From the NCBI GenBank assembly GCA_049320885.1, contig JBMORA010000050.1, positions 1-64,000 of the forward strand: a stretch of DNA of 64,000 bases, in the 5' to 3' direction. Each line of letters starts with the position of its first letter. The stretch's first letter is position 1. A program made the position numbers and the translations under genes. This DNA comes from Thermodesulfobacteriota bacterium. GTDB lineage: Bacteria > Desulfobacterota > Desulfobacteria > Desulfobacterales > SURF-7. The notes below the pieces were generated by a model. It was not told the DNA's origin. It worked only from the letters and a program-made list of their open reading frames with translations, and made no database searches. Positions 39,757 to 51,315 of this stretch are shown here, piece after piece.

Positions 39757-39939
39757 CTACATTTCCGCGTAGACGCCCTTGCGGACCGTCTGTATCATCC
39801 GCCGTTTTTTGGCTTTGTAAATGATATGGGCTAGTTTTGGGGCATTAAACCCCGTGGTTTTGATCAGGGCGGCGGTGGCCACGCCTTCCTTTTTCTTGCC
39901 GTCGGAAATGGTCTTTAAAAAGGTTTCGAGCTCTTTCAT
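39757..39939 (-). CDS. Small basic winged-helix-like protein (possibly internally deleted)
   Basis: GGAGGAG RBS; GV.TAAL..KTTGFN..KL..IIYK.KK...I....KGVY resembles a wHTH C-terminal module. Confidence 0.55.
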   Translation of the reverse strand: MKELETFLKTISDGKKKEGVATAALIKTTGFNAPKLAHIIYKAKKRRMIQTVRKGVYAEM

Positions 39940-40239
39940 CGCATTCTCCTCCTCCCATCGTTACCATATCCGGTTCACGGCAAGCAATATCTTTCCAACC
40001 AGGTAACGTATCATGATAAAAAGAAAACGTAAAACCCAAAAAGCAAAAAAAGAAAAAAAGATGACATCCTTACGGGATGGAATTTGAAAAATCAGGCAAA
40101 CGGCTGAGCCGCGGGCAGGGTTTAACTTGACATGTCAGCGTCAACCGGTGTACTACGCCATGGCAGATATATAAAATCAGTGGGTTATATGGATGCGCCC
40201 GCGTGTTCGAATAACCGAAACAGAAAGAAGGTTTTACTT

Positions 40240-40830
40240 ATGACGAAACGCGTTGCCACGGTAGAACGAGATACCCTGGAAACCCAGATTCAGGTGGCCA
40301 TCCGGCTGGACGGCAAAGGAGAACATCACATAGCAACGGGGATTCCGTTTTTCGATCACATGCTGACCCTGTTCTCCGTTCACGGGTTTTTCGACCTGGA
40401 CGTGAAGGCCAAGGGGGATATAGAAGTCGATTTCCATCATACCGTTGAGGATGCGGGGTTGGTCATGGGGGAAGCATTCAGCCGGGCCCTGGGGGATCGA
40501 AAAGGTATCCGGCGATACGGTCACGCAGTCACGCCCATGGATGAGACCTTGACGGCCGTGACCGTGGATCTCTCCAACCGTCCGTTTTTGGTTTACCACG
40601 TCCCCACTCATATCCGGTCGGCCGGAGCCTTCGATATCCAGCTGGCCGGAGAGTTCTTCCGTGCTTTTGCGAACAAGGGCGGCTTGAATCTGCACATCAA
40701 TGTGCAATACGGTGATAATGAGCATCATATCATCGAATCCATCTTCAAGGCGCTCGGCCGTGCCCTTGACCAGGCGGTGACCGTCGACAGCCGCATCGCC
40801 GCCTATCGTTCCTCAAAAGGGATTCTGTAA
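40240..40830 (+). CDS. hisB: Imidazoleglycerol-phosphate dehydratase
   Basis: [49 protein letters not shown]. Confidence 0.96.
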   Translation: MTKRVATVERDTLETQIQVAIRLDGKGEHHIATGIPFFDHMLTLFSVHGFFDLDVKAKGDIEVDFHHTVEDAGLVMGEAFSRALGDRKGIRRYGHAVTPMDETLTAVTVDLSNRPFLVYHVPTHIRSAGAFDIQLAGEFFRAFANKGGLNLHINVQYGDNEHHIIESIFKALGRALDQAVTVDSRIAAYRSSKGIL

Positions 40831-40866
40831 TTGTCGGGCCGTGTCTCCGGAAACCGCAGTGCGAAT

Positions 40867-41604
40867 ATGGCGGCATCGATTTTTCGGAATTCATTCCGGC
40901 GGGCGCGTTCGAAAATTTCCTGCCGCCCATGGATTGCCGCGACGCTCTTGATCGGAATGATCGTGGGTTCGGGCGGTTCTGGATGCGCCCGCCGGCCGCA
41001 ACCGGAGCCGCCTCTTTCAAGACCGACGATGAAGAAGCTGCTGGTGTTGCCGTTTCAATTTCCGGCGCCGGCCTCGAATCATCAGGGCGCGCTTCGCTGC
41101 CCGATTTGCGGCAGCGTATTTATGTCCGGAAAGGTGGCGGCTTCGGCGGGTGAGAAATTAACGGACCGCATGATGGGCTGGCTGCAGCAGTATTTCGACG
41201 GGATGGCGATGCGGGGTGAAAAACTGCCGGAAAATCTCAGGCCAGGGGGAATCTGGGCGCAGCCATCCGAAAGCGGTCTCGAATTCCTGGCAGGTCTTGG
41301 CCGGGCCGCTCAGGCAGACGGTGTCCTCTTCGGTTTTATTTTCCGGTATGAAGACCGGCAGGGGGACGCTTTTGCGGTGGCTCGACCGGCGTCGGTAGCC
41401 TTTGATTTACATCTGATGGATGCGCGAAATGGCGAAATCATCTGGAAAGATGCCTGGGACGAAACCCAGAAAGCCTTGAGTGACGACCTGTTCGCCGTGG
41501 ATCTGTTCATACAGAGAAGGGGAAAATGGATTTCAGCGGACGAGATGGCCATGGCAGGGCTTGAGGCCATGCTGATGCAAATATGGGCCCATGATCTGGA
41601 ATAA
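40867..41604 (+). CDS. Hypothetical exported/lipoprotein
   Basis: Hydrophobic N-terminal segment ending SGC; KLLVLPF, CPIC, ADGVLFGFIFRY..R.G......PASVAFDLHL. Start uncertain. Confidence 0.7.
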   Translation: MAASIFRNSFRRARSKISCRPWIAATLLIGMIVGSGGSGCARRPQPEPPLSRPTMKKLLVLPFQFPAPASNHQGALRCPICGSVFMSGKVAASAGEKLTDRMMGWLQQYFDGMAMRGEKLPENLRPGGIWAQPSESGLEFLAGLGRAAQADGVLFGFIFRYEDRQGDAFAVARPASVAFDLHLMDARNGEIIWKDAWDETQKALSDDLFAVDLFIQRRGKWISADEMAMAGLEAMLMQIWAHDLE

Positions 41605-41608
41605 CCGA

Positions 41609-41653
41609 AATAAATATTTTTTCTTGACAAAGCCCATCACAATAAATATTTTT
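41609..41653 (+). promoter_or_regulatory. dnaG-rpoD promoter bracketed by 13-bp direct repeats
   Basis: TTGACA(41624)-N17-TATTTT; AATAAATATTTTT at 41609-41621 and 41641-41653. Confidence 0.55.
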
Positions 41654-41797
41654 AAACATTTCTTCTGTTGATACTATCATGGGTTTGGTTATGCCTGAAA
41701 AGAGATGCATTACAGTTGCGTCCACGAATATAGACCATCCTGTTATTGTACGAATGAATTTCTGTATGCTCAATCATCCTGATTTCGATGATGGAGG

Positions 41798-43614
41798 ATG
41801 CACTCTTTGACGGTTACAATTGCTGAAGAAAAAATCAACGAAATCCGAAATTCAACAGATATAGTCGATATCATTTCGGAAACGGTTTTACTCAGAAAGG
41901 CGGGCTCCAATCATATCGGGCTCTGCCCTTTTCACTCGGAAAAAACCCCCTCCTTTACTGTAAGATCCGATAAACAGATATTTCACTGTTTTGGCTGCGG
42001 CGCGGGTGGTGATGTTTTCAGCTTCGTCATGAAACATCAGGCTTTGTCTTTCCCGGAAGCGGTTCGCCAGCTCGCCCGCCGGGGAGGAATCGATGTTCCG
42101 GACCAGACCCTCACGGCGGAACAGTCCCGGCTGATTCGGGAACGGGAAGAACTGATGGCGGTCAATCGTGCGGCAGCGGAATATTATCATTCGGTCCTGT
42201 TGCATCAGCCGTCCGGGAAAAAGGCTCTTTCCTATTTGACCGGCCGTGGAATCAGCCTGGACATGATGCGCCTGTTTCAACTGGGATATGCTCCGGACGG
42301 GTGGGATAACCTGGTCGGCGCCCTGGCCGAAAAAAAAATGTCGCTCAAGACGGCGGAAAAGGCTGGCCTGGTAACGCCGAAAAAGAAGAGCGGATATTAT
42401 GACCGTTTTCGATCCCGGGTCATGTTCCCGATCATGAATTTACAGGGACAGGTCATCGCCTTCGGCGGCAGGGTCCTGGATGCTTCGCTTCCCAAATATC
42501 TGAACTCGCCCGAAACCCCGTTGTTCAGCAAAAGCCGTACCTTGTACGGCCTGAATTTCGCCAGGAAAAAATGCCGCGAGCAAGGGACCATTTTCATTGT
42601 TGAAGGATATATGGATTTCCTGGCGCTGTTTCAGCATGGGATTGAAAATGCGGCGGCGACACTGGGAACTGCCATGACCTCCGAGCATATCCGTAGTCTT
42701 AAGGGTTTCGCCGGCAAGGCCATATTGGTGTACGATTCCGACGAGGCCGGACTGAAGGCTGCCCATCGAAGTATTGCGGTGATGAACAAGGACTTGAATG
42801 AATACCGGATTTTGGTTTTGCCGCCAGGGCATGATCCGGATTCTTTCCTGCGGCAGTTTGGAACCGACGAATTTCTTCGGAAAGCCGGGAGTGCCATGGG
42901 CGTTTTTGAATTTCTGATCGAATCGGCCGTCAAAAAACACGGCCTTTCCATGGAGGGGAAACAACGGATTCTTGCGGAAATGGAAACCCATCTGATCAGC
43001 GCCAGGGATTCCCTCGACATGTCGCTGTACAGCAAGGAATTGGCGGAAAGAATTCAGGTGGATCAGCAGGCCGTTCTCGAAACAATCCGCCGGAAAATGG
43101 CTGCCAAGGGGTCAGTGCCCCAGCTGCAACGGAGGAAGGACGAATGGGCCCAACCGGTTGTCGGCCGGGAGAGCGACAGGCTGGAAAAAAGAATCATCAC
43201 CAAAATGCTTCAGTTCCCGGAAAAAGCCACGGTGCTGATTGAAAAGGAGCGGGTGCTGGATTTTTTTGAAGACAAGAATCTGAAAACCATCGGTGCGGCG
43301 ATCATCGAGCTGAACAAAAACGGCCGAAAGCCGGCTGCCGGTTTGTTGACGGCAATAGTCGATCCGGACCAGCGCCGCTTGATCACCTCCATGACAATCC
43401 AGGATGAACCGTGGCATACGGAAGGCTGGCGGAAATTGATTGGACAGTTTATGGACAGACGTCAGCACCGAGCAGGAAAAAACTTGTCAAAACGAATAAA
43501 GGACGCGGAAGCGGCGAATGATCATGAGCTCGCGATACAGCTGCTGGCGGAAAAACAACGCCAGGTAAAAGAGAAATTGTTGAAACCGAAAGAGTCATCA
43601 GGAGGCAAATTTAT

Positions 43615-43618
<4 letters not shown>
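41798..43618 (+). CDS. dnaG: DNA primase
   Basis: CPFH.EKTPSF...CFGC Zn ribbon, [28 protein letters not shown]. Confidence 0.97.
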
Positions 43619-45414
<1,796 letters not shown>

Positions 45415-45469
45415 GGCTTGACAAAATATCCGTATGGCGGTAGGAACCTTCGATTCCATACTGAATGGC

Positions 45470-45542
45470 GGGCCCATAGCTCAGTTGGTAGAGCCACCGG
45501 CTCATAACCGGTCGGTCCCTGGTTCGAGCCCAGGTGGGCCCA
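45470..45542 (+). tRNA. tRNA with CAT anticodon, probably tRNA-Ile2 (lysidine); CCA not encoded
   Basis: GGGCCCA...TGGGCCC-A acceptor stem, anticodon loop CTCATAA; position after rpoD as for ileX; followed by TTTTT instead of CCA. Confidence 0.9.
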
Positions 45543-45638
45543 TTTTTCCCGTTTGGACAATACGGCATGCTGAAACGCTTATCACTACTCCGGGGGATTG
45601 ACCGAGATGAATCGTTCCGGGAAAAAACATCCAAAAAG

Positions 45639-45672
45639 AGGCGTGAGAGATTTCTTTCACGCCTTTTTCTTT
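45639..45672 (+). terminator. Intrinsic terminator after the tRNA, 8 nt upstream of the nif3 start
   Basis: AGGCGTGAGAG-attt-CTTTCACGCCT followed by TTTTCTTT. Confidence 0.7.
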
Positions 45673-45680
45673 AGCGGACG

Positions 45681-46799
45681 ATGACGGCAATCTTATCCGA
45701 CATTATTGGCATCCTGAATGAACTCGCTCCACCCTCCCTTGCCGAGGAATGGGATAACGTGGGGCTTCAAATCGGACGGCCCGACTGGCCGATCCGCTCG
45801 ATCTGGGTGGCGTTGGATCCCTCCCCCGTGGTTATTCACGCTGCCTGCAATGCCAAAATCGACCTGCTGGTTACCCATCACCCTTTGATGCTTACACCCA
45901 TCCGGAACATTGATTTTCGATCAACGACAGGGGCGATCATCCGTGCGGCAGCGGTTCATCAACTGGCTGTTTTTTCAGCTCATACAAATCTTGACAGCGT
46001 AAAGGGAGGCGTCAACGACGTGCTGGCGGATATGATCGGGCTTTCGGAGTGTACGCCGATGATCCGCGGAACCGGAGAAAACAAGGTCAAACTAGTGCTG
46101 TTCGTCCCGGAGGACTATGAAGAAACGATCCTGGAAGCCCTGTTTCAGACTGCGGCCGGCCATATCGGGGAGTATTCCTGTTGCGCCTTTATCGGCAGGG
46201 GGCACGGAACGTTTCTGCCGGGAAAAGGAACCCGGCCGTTTGTCGGCGAATCCGGAGCACTGACACGCGTGGCAGAAGTGAGAATCGAAACCGTTGTACC
46301 GGAAAAAGAACTTTCACAGGTTCTGGCCCATGTAAGACGATATCATCCTTATGAAACCATGGCCTATGATGTATACCCCCTGGCGGGGACATTCGATGAC
46401 GCCGGAATTGGCCGTTTTGGAGTGTTCGGGGAAGCTATGCCGCTGGAGACACTGGCGGTAAACCTGAAGCGGAAGATGAACCTGCCCTGGATTCGATTCA
46501 TCGGAAGGAAGGACCTGACGGTGACCAATGCGGCACTTTGTTCCGGAAGCGGAAGTTCCCTGATCAGTCGATTTCTGGCATCAAAAGCCGATGTTTTGAT
46601 CAGCGGCGACCTCCGCTACCATGATGCCAGAACCATTGAGGAAGCCGGTCGGGGCGCCATCGACATCGGTCATTTCGCATCCGAGCAGATCATCCTGAAA
46701 CCCCTGGCGGACAAACTCCGGGCAGCCATAACGGGAAAAGGGTATCCCGTCATGGTGGACGCCTGCTCCCTGGAAAAAGATCCGTTTTGGATCATATGA
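45681..46799 (+). CDS. Nif3-like dinuclear metal centre hexameric protein (YbgI/YqfO, with PII-like insert)
   Basis: AEEWDNVGLQIG, THHP, HTNLD, HPYE..AYD, GD..YH.A, D.GHF.SE. Confidence 0.93.
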   Translation: MTAILSDIIGILNELAPPSLAEEWDNVGLQIGRPDWPIRSIWVALDPSPVVIHAACNAKIDLLVTHHPLMLTPIRNIDFRSTTGAIIRAAAVHQLAVFSAHTNLDSVKGGVNDVLADMIGLSECTPMIRGTGENKVKLVLFVPEDYEETILEALFQTAAGHIGEYSCCAFIGRGHGTFLPGKGTRPFVGESGALTRVAEVRIETVVPEKELSQVLAHVRRYHPYETMAYDVYPLAGTFDDAGIGRFGVFGEAMPLETLAVNLKRKMNLPWIRFIGRKDLTVTNAALCSGSGSSLISRFLASKADVLISGDLRYHDARTIEEAGRGAIDIGHFASEQIILKPLADKLRAAITGKGYPVMVDACSLEKDPFWII

Positions 46800-46812
46800 C
46801 AGATTATCACGG

Positions 46813-47586
46813 ATGGATGGAAACATGTTGACCGTAACCAAAGAACAGATCGAAACCCTGGTTCAGCTGCAGCAGATCGACAATGAAAGCCGGAAAATTC
46901 GGTCCAAGTTGGATCTGCTGCCGCAGAAAGTGCAGGAATTGGATTCCCGCTTGCGGGAAATCGAAAACGAAATTACGGAAAAAACAAGCTCTTTCAGCGA
47001 ATTACAGAAAGAATACCGCTCCCGGGAAGCGGAATCGAAAGTCAATCAGGCCCAGATCAAGAAAAGTAATGAGAAACTGCCACTGGTGAAAACCAATAAG
47101 GAATATCATGCCATTCTGAAAGAGATCGAGGATCTGCAAAAAAAAATATCCACCATCGAAGATCTCATGATCGCCAGCCTGGATCGCATGGAAACCGAGG
47201 GGCGGCTGATTTCCGAACAAAAAGTCGAGGCCGGGCGGCTAACAATCGAAATTCAGAGCGAGAAGGAACAGCTCGAGAAGGAAAGCGTGGAGGATGAGGC
47301 CAGGTTGCGCTCGCTGATGGAACAATGGGAGGTCGTCACCCGTAATGTCCCGGAGAAGCTGCTGGCGCGATTCAACCAGGTCCGCAAACAGTCTCCCGGC
47401 ATGGCCATCGCGGTTGTGAAGGATGCGGTCTGCCAAGGTTGCCATATGAACATCCCGCCACAGCTTTATAATGAACTGCAGCGGGGCAACACCTTGAAAT
47501 TTTGTCCCTGGTGTCATAGGATGATCTATTGGAACGGCAATGCGCGGTCGGAGCCGTCCAGACGATCGCCGGATCCGATCGACTGA
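46813..47586 (+). CDS. Coiled-coil protein with C4-type zinc ribbon (DUF164-like)
   Basis: LVQLQQID, VKTNKEY.A..KEI, CQGCHMNIPPQ...CPWCHRMIY. Confidence 0.9.
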   Translation: MDGNMLTVTKEQIETLVQLQQIDNESRKIRSKLDLLPQKVQELDSRLREIENEITEKTSSFSELQKEYRSREAESKVNQAQIKKSNEKLPLVKTNKEYHAILKEIEDLQKKISTIEDLMIASLDRMETEGRLISEQKVEAGRLTIEIQSEKEQLEKESVEDEARLRSLMEQWEVVTRNVPEKLLARFNQVRKQSPGMAIAVVKDAVCQGCHMNIPPQLYNELQRGNTLKFCPWCHRMIYWNGNARSEPSRRSPDPID

Positions 47587-47952
47587 TCCGGAGGAAAGTC
47601 CGAACACCAAAGAGCGGGGTGCTCCATAACGTGGAGTCACGGCGACGTGAAGGAAAGTGCAACAGAAAGTATACCGCCCTGATGATGCCTGCGACCAGGT
47701 CGGAAGCATCGAACAGGGTAAGGGTGAAAAGGTGCGGTAAGAGCGCACCAGTTCTCCGGGTGACCGGAGAAGCTCGGTAAACCCCACCCGGTGCAAGACC
47801 AAATAAGAAAGTGCTTGAGGGTTGCTCGCCCAAGCTTTCGGGTAGGTCGCAAGAGATGCCGGGCAACCGGTATCCAGAGAGGAATGATCGTCGATCGTTG
47901 CGGGGTGACCCGCAATGGTAACAGAATTCGGCTTACGGACGGCTCCGACCGC
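47544..47952 (+). ncRNA. rnpB: RNase P RNA (type A)
   Basis: GAGGAAAGTCC, GGAAAGTGCAACAGAAA, AGGGTGAAAAGGTGCGGTAAGAGCGCACC, GGTAAACCCC, AACAGAATTCGGCTTA; 16-bp P1 helix 47544-47559/47937-47952. Confidence 0.97.
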
Positions 47953-48037
47953 TTATTTCAACCGGATCGTGGGGTGGAGCCCCCGGTCCTAGGCGTTGGT
48001 CGTACATGACGGGGGATGAACAATTTTTAGCGAGACA

Positions 48038-49375
48038 ATGTCTCCACTCGGGAAAATGCAAGAAAAAAATATTTCAACAAAAGCCTGTGACATAACATTT
48101 GCGGAAAAGATCCGGTTCTATTCCCATGACTATCTGAAGGCCTGCATCTATATCACCACTATCCAATCAATCCCTTATTATTTTACCAAAAAACTCTATT
48201 CAAACCTGATCGCTTCCTCCCAGTTGCTGGAAGATTTTTTGGATTTTCATGGTGCCAAAAACAATTCCAACTGGTATTTTTATCGTGAACTTTCGGCGGC
48301 TGTCCGGCACTTGGCCCTTGCGGGATATTCCCAGAAGCACATATCAAACCGGTTGATTTTTTATGACCTGCCGGACACGGGGCAATTCGCCGTCGAAGGA
48401 GAGAAAACCCTGGATTTTTTTACCACCACCTTGACGAAACTGGCTCCCGTAATTCTGGAGGAGGCCGAACGGTTGGCCATTCCCATGCCTCGGGAGCATT
48501 ACAGCAAGGACGATTTCCCGGGCATCATGACCAGCGAAATGCTGGAGTATGATATCGACGACGAAGACAAAGATCAGCAGAAACAAAACATCGTTAAAAT
48601 CGCCAATGAGTTTTTGCGCATCGCCGGCAATTTCGATCAGATGGGTTTTTATGAGCCTTATGATATCGAGACGATAAAGGAGATTGTGCCGGACAAGGTG
48701 AATGAAGTCGAAGTCCGGAGATTCGAAATGCTGGTTCATAATCTTCAGTCCTCCTTCGACACGTATGTGATTCACGGCGGATATCGCCTGGGCAACCGCA
48801 AGCTGAAACAGTTGCGTGGCCATTTTTCCATCGTATTCCATATCCTTCAGATAGTGGGCCGGCTGCTTCATTTTTATGAACGCCACCTGCTGGAAAGAGG
48901 GTATAAAAATATTTATCGGCAGGTCCGCGAACGGATGTCGGGTCTCATCAACACCGAGCTTCTGCTGGATCGCACCATCAATTTCGGTCTTTACTACGCC
49001 TGCCGTTTTTTATCCGATGGTAAAAAAATCGCCCACGAGATTTTAAATGAGAATATCGAGCGCGGCAGAATCACGGTGGGGATCCCGGTCAAACTCGGTT
49101 TCCACAGCCGCCCGAGTCTTCTGGTGGCGAAGATCGTTCAGTATTACGGCGGGCAGGTGGAGCTGTGCGTGGGTGACGCCCGCTTCGATGCCAGCAGCGT
49201 CCTGGATATTCAATGGGCCGGCGGAAAAATTCATAAGGAAGAAATTACCCAGGTGGTTTTTGAGGGAGATGCACGCGCCCTGGCGGATATCGCCATACTG
49301 GCCGGGGTAAACTACGGGGAAGATACCATGGGTAAAGGGATTGCGCTGCCCAGAGAGTTGAACTACCTGCGTTGA
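48038..49375 (+). CDS. Large protein with C-terminal HPr (PTS phosphocarrier) domain
   Basis: C-terminal LGFHSRPS.LVAKIV...DASSVLDI HPr signature; N-terminal ~340 aa unassigned helical region. Confidence 0.8.
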   Translation: MSPLGKMQEKNISTKACDITFAEKIRFYSHDYLKACIYITTIQSIPYYFTKKLYSNLIASSQLLEDFLDFHGAKNNSNWYFYRELSAAVRHLALAGYSQKHISNRLIFYDLPDTGQFAVEGEKTLDFFTTTLTKLAPVILEEAERLAIPMPREHYSKDDFPGIMTSEMLEYDIDDEDKDQQKQNIVKIANEFLRIAGNFDQMGFYEPYDIETIKEIVPDKVNEVEVRRFEMLVHNLQSSFDTYVIHGGYRLGNRKLKQLRGHFSIVFHILQIVGRLLHFYERHLLERGYKNIYRQVRERMSGLINTELLLDRTINFGLYYACRFLSDGKKIAHEILNENIERGRITVGIPVKLGFHSRPSLLVAKIVQYYGGQVELCVGDARFDASSVLDIQWAGGKIHKEEITQVVFEGDARALADIAILAGVNYGEDTMGKGIALPRELNYLR

Positions 49376-50091
49376 TGGGTTCGCCAGCCGCCATGGAACC
49401 CGCCGCCGGAGCCATTATTGTGGCCGGAGGTTCGGGATTGCGCATGGGCAGGGAGATCCGCAAACAATATCTTCCCGTTGCGGGGATTCCCATAGTAGCC
49501 CACACGTTGAGAGCATTCTGCGGCTGCGGGTTTTTCCAGCAGGTGGTGTTGGTCGTGCCAGCAAGCGATTTCGACTTCTGCCGCACAAATATCATCCCAT
49601 TTGGCCAGCCGCCCGTGCCGATATTGCTGGCAGTCGGCGGCGGGAATCGCCAGGATTCGGTCTTCGCCGGTCTTGCGGCACTTCCCCGGAAAAACGGCGT
49701 CGTGGTCATTCATGATGCTGTCCGGCCGTTTGTCCGGCGGGCTGAAATCTCGGCCTGTATTGACGGCGCCAGAAAAAACGGCGCCTGTATTCTCGGACTT
49801 CCCGTCGTCGAGACCCTGAAGCAGGCCCCCGCCGGTATCATCCGTCGCACCATCGATCGGAATGGTATCTGGATGGCGCAAACACCCCAGGCATTTCAGT
49901 ATGACCTGATCCAAAAGGCGCATGAAGCCGCTAAACAAGAGGGGTTTGAAGGTACGGATGACGCATCGCTGCTGGAACGCCTCGGGCATCCGGTCCATAT
50001 CATTCCCGGCAGCCGTGTGAATATCAAGATTACGACCCCGGAAGATTTGACACTGGCGGAGGTTTTGTTTCCAGCGTTTCGACCGGAATAG
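49372..50091 (+). CDS. ispD: 2-C-methyl-D-erythritol 4-phosphate cytidylyltransferase
   Basis: AGGSGLRMG..IRKQYL, GG.RQDSV, IHDAVRPF, QTPQAF, TDDASL, NIKITTPEDL. Confidence 0.95.
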   Translation: MMGSPAAMEPAAGAIIVAGGSGLRMGREIRKQYLPVAGIPIVAHTLRAFCGCGFFQQVVLVVPASDFDFCRTNIIPFGQPPVPILLAVGGGNRQDSVFAGLAALPRKNGVVVIHDAVRPFVRRAEISACIDGARKNGACILGLPVVETLKQAPAGIIRRTIDRNGIWMAQTPQAFQYDLIQKAHEAAKQEGFEGTDDASLLERLGHPVHIIPGSRVNIKITTPEDLTLAEVLFPAFRPE

Positions 50092-50431
50092 AATGTAGTC
50101 AAATGGGTTCAATTCGCGGGCAGGCCTCCCGTGATGGAAAAAAATCTTGCCCGGGAAACATATCCCGGAATATCGGGTTATTTGCCATGCCGATATATTT
50201 ATCTATGATTGTAAGTTGTTAAAAAATTATTCGGATTCCTTCCGGCAGAAAGCGAACGAAAAGAAAAGCCCGACGGCGTTTTTTTATTGACAATATAAAC
50301 GCCTCTCCCCTATAAAAACATTGTTTACAGCATATTTTTACCAGCGAGTCATATTCTGTTTTGGCAATGCCGGATGATGTTGCGGCGCACAAAAACGCCG
50401 GAACGGAAGAATTGAGCGTAACTCCCGATCA

Positions 50432-50845
50432 ATGAAATGGAAAATGGAATCAACAGCGGAAAAACCCATCGAACGTAGGAAGTACAAGCGCTATCGGATG
50501 CAGAACGGGGTGTTCGCCGTTTTAGGGCCCCAGTCGTCCAGAATGGGGCAGATCATTGATATCAGCAATGGCGGGGTGGCCTTTTATCACAAGGATACTC
50601 ATGCGAAGCCTGAACAAAATGACGAGCTGTCCATCCTGATGGATAACAACCAGGCGACGGTAAGTTATGGGCCGTTGAAATTTCAGGCGAATATTGTCTG
50701 GGAGACCCCAATTGACACCAGCAGGCATTCCGGAATCACGCGACGTTGCGGACTTGAATTCAAGGAGTTGACCTATTATCAGCGTGCCTGGCTGGTCGAA
50801 TGCATTAAAAATCATACGGTTTCGCAACAGGATGCTGTCCCCTGA
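50432..50845 (+). CDS. PilZ domain protein
   Basis: ERRKYKR and DISNGG motifs; RCGLEF. Confidence 0.85.
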   Translation: MKWKMESTAEKPIERRKYKRYRMQNGVFAVLGPQSSRMGQIIDISNGGVAFYHKDTHAKPEQNDELSILMDNNQATVSYGPLKFQANIVWETPIDTSRHSGITRRCGLEFKELTYYQRAWLVECIKNHTVSQQDAVP

Positions 50846-50889
50846 CCATCGTCGGCAGGGTTCGGAGCACAGAACGGGGCGGCGCCGCA

Positions 50890-51315
50890 TTATCCAGGAA
50901 AAATCAGCCGGTTTACGATCAATCCATTGAATCCGTTCTCGTTCCCCGAGGAAAAAAACCATCCCAACTGAAGCATGCATTTGCCGCAGCTGGCGAACCG
51001 CCAGCTGAAACCCCGGAACCAGCTCCATTCGGACGTGGGCAGGCCCGAGTATCGACAGCCGGATGCATGCCGAAAGCAGGCGATTTCGAAAAGAATCCCC
51101 TGGGGATTGGCGAAAGTATGCTGGTGGGCCCCCTGGACCGTCATCCGTTCCGAAGTGCTGGTGATGGGTTGACGGCAGTTGCCGCACAAGACGGCGTCCC
51201 GCTCCTCCGATTGTTCCCGATCCGCTGGCTTCGAATTTACAACCGGAATGATTTCCGGGGACTCTCTTTTCAGGAAAAAGGCCGGCATCCTGGTTGCGAC
51301 GGGCAGGGTGATCAC
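50890..51315 (-). CDS. Cereblon-like (CULT/Yippee) zinc protein
   Basis: CGNC...HTFANPQG..FEI.CF...EWSWFRGFSW...CGKC..QLGW.F; GTG 51315 overlaps the MTase TGA (GTGA) with GGAG upstream. Confidence 0.88.
   Translation of the reverse strand: MITLPVATRMPAFFLKRESPEIIPVVNSKPADREQSEERDAVLCGNCRQPITSTSERMTVQGAHQHTFANPQGILFEIACFRHASGCRYSGLPTSEWSWFRGFSWRFASCGKCMLQLGWFFSSGNENGFNGLIVNRLIFPG

Noticed and set aside
39606..40130. tRNA-Ala as the integration site of a prophage or island
   Set aside because: No integrase and no duplicated tRNA 3' end were seen; hisB follows within ~560 nt.
45470..45545. tRNA lacking encoded CCA as a pseudogene
   Set aside because: The cloverleaf is intact, and CCA is commonly added post-transcriptionally.
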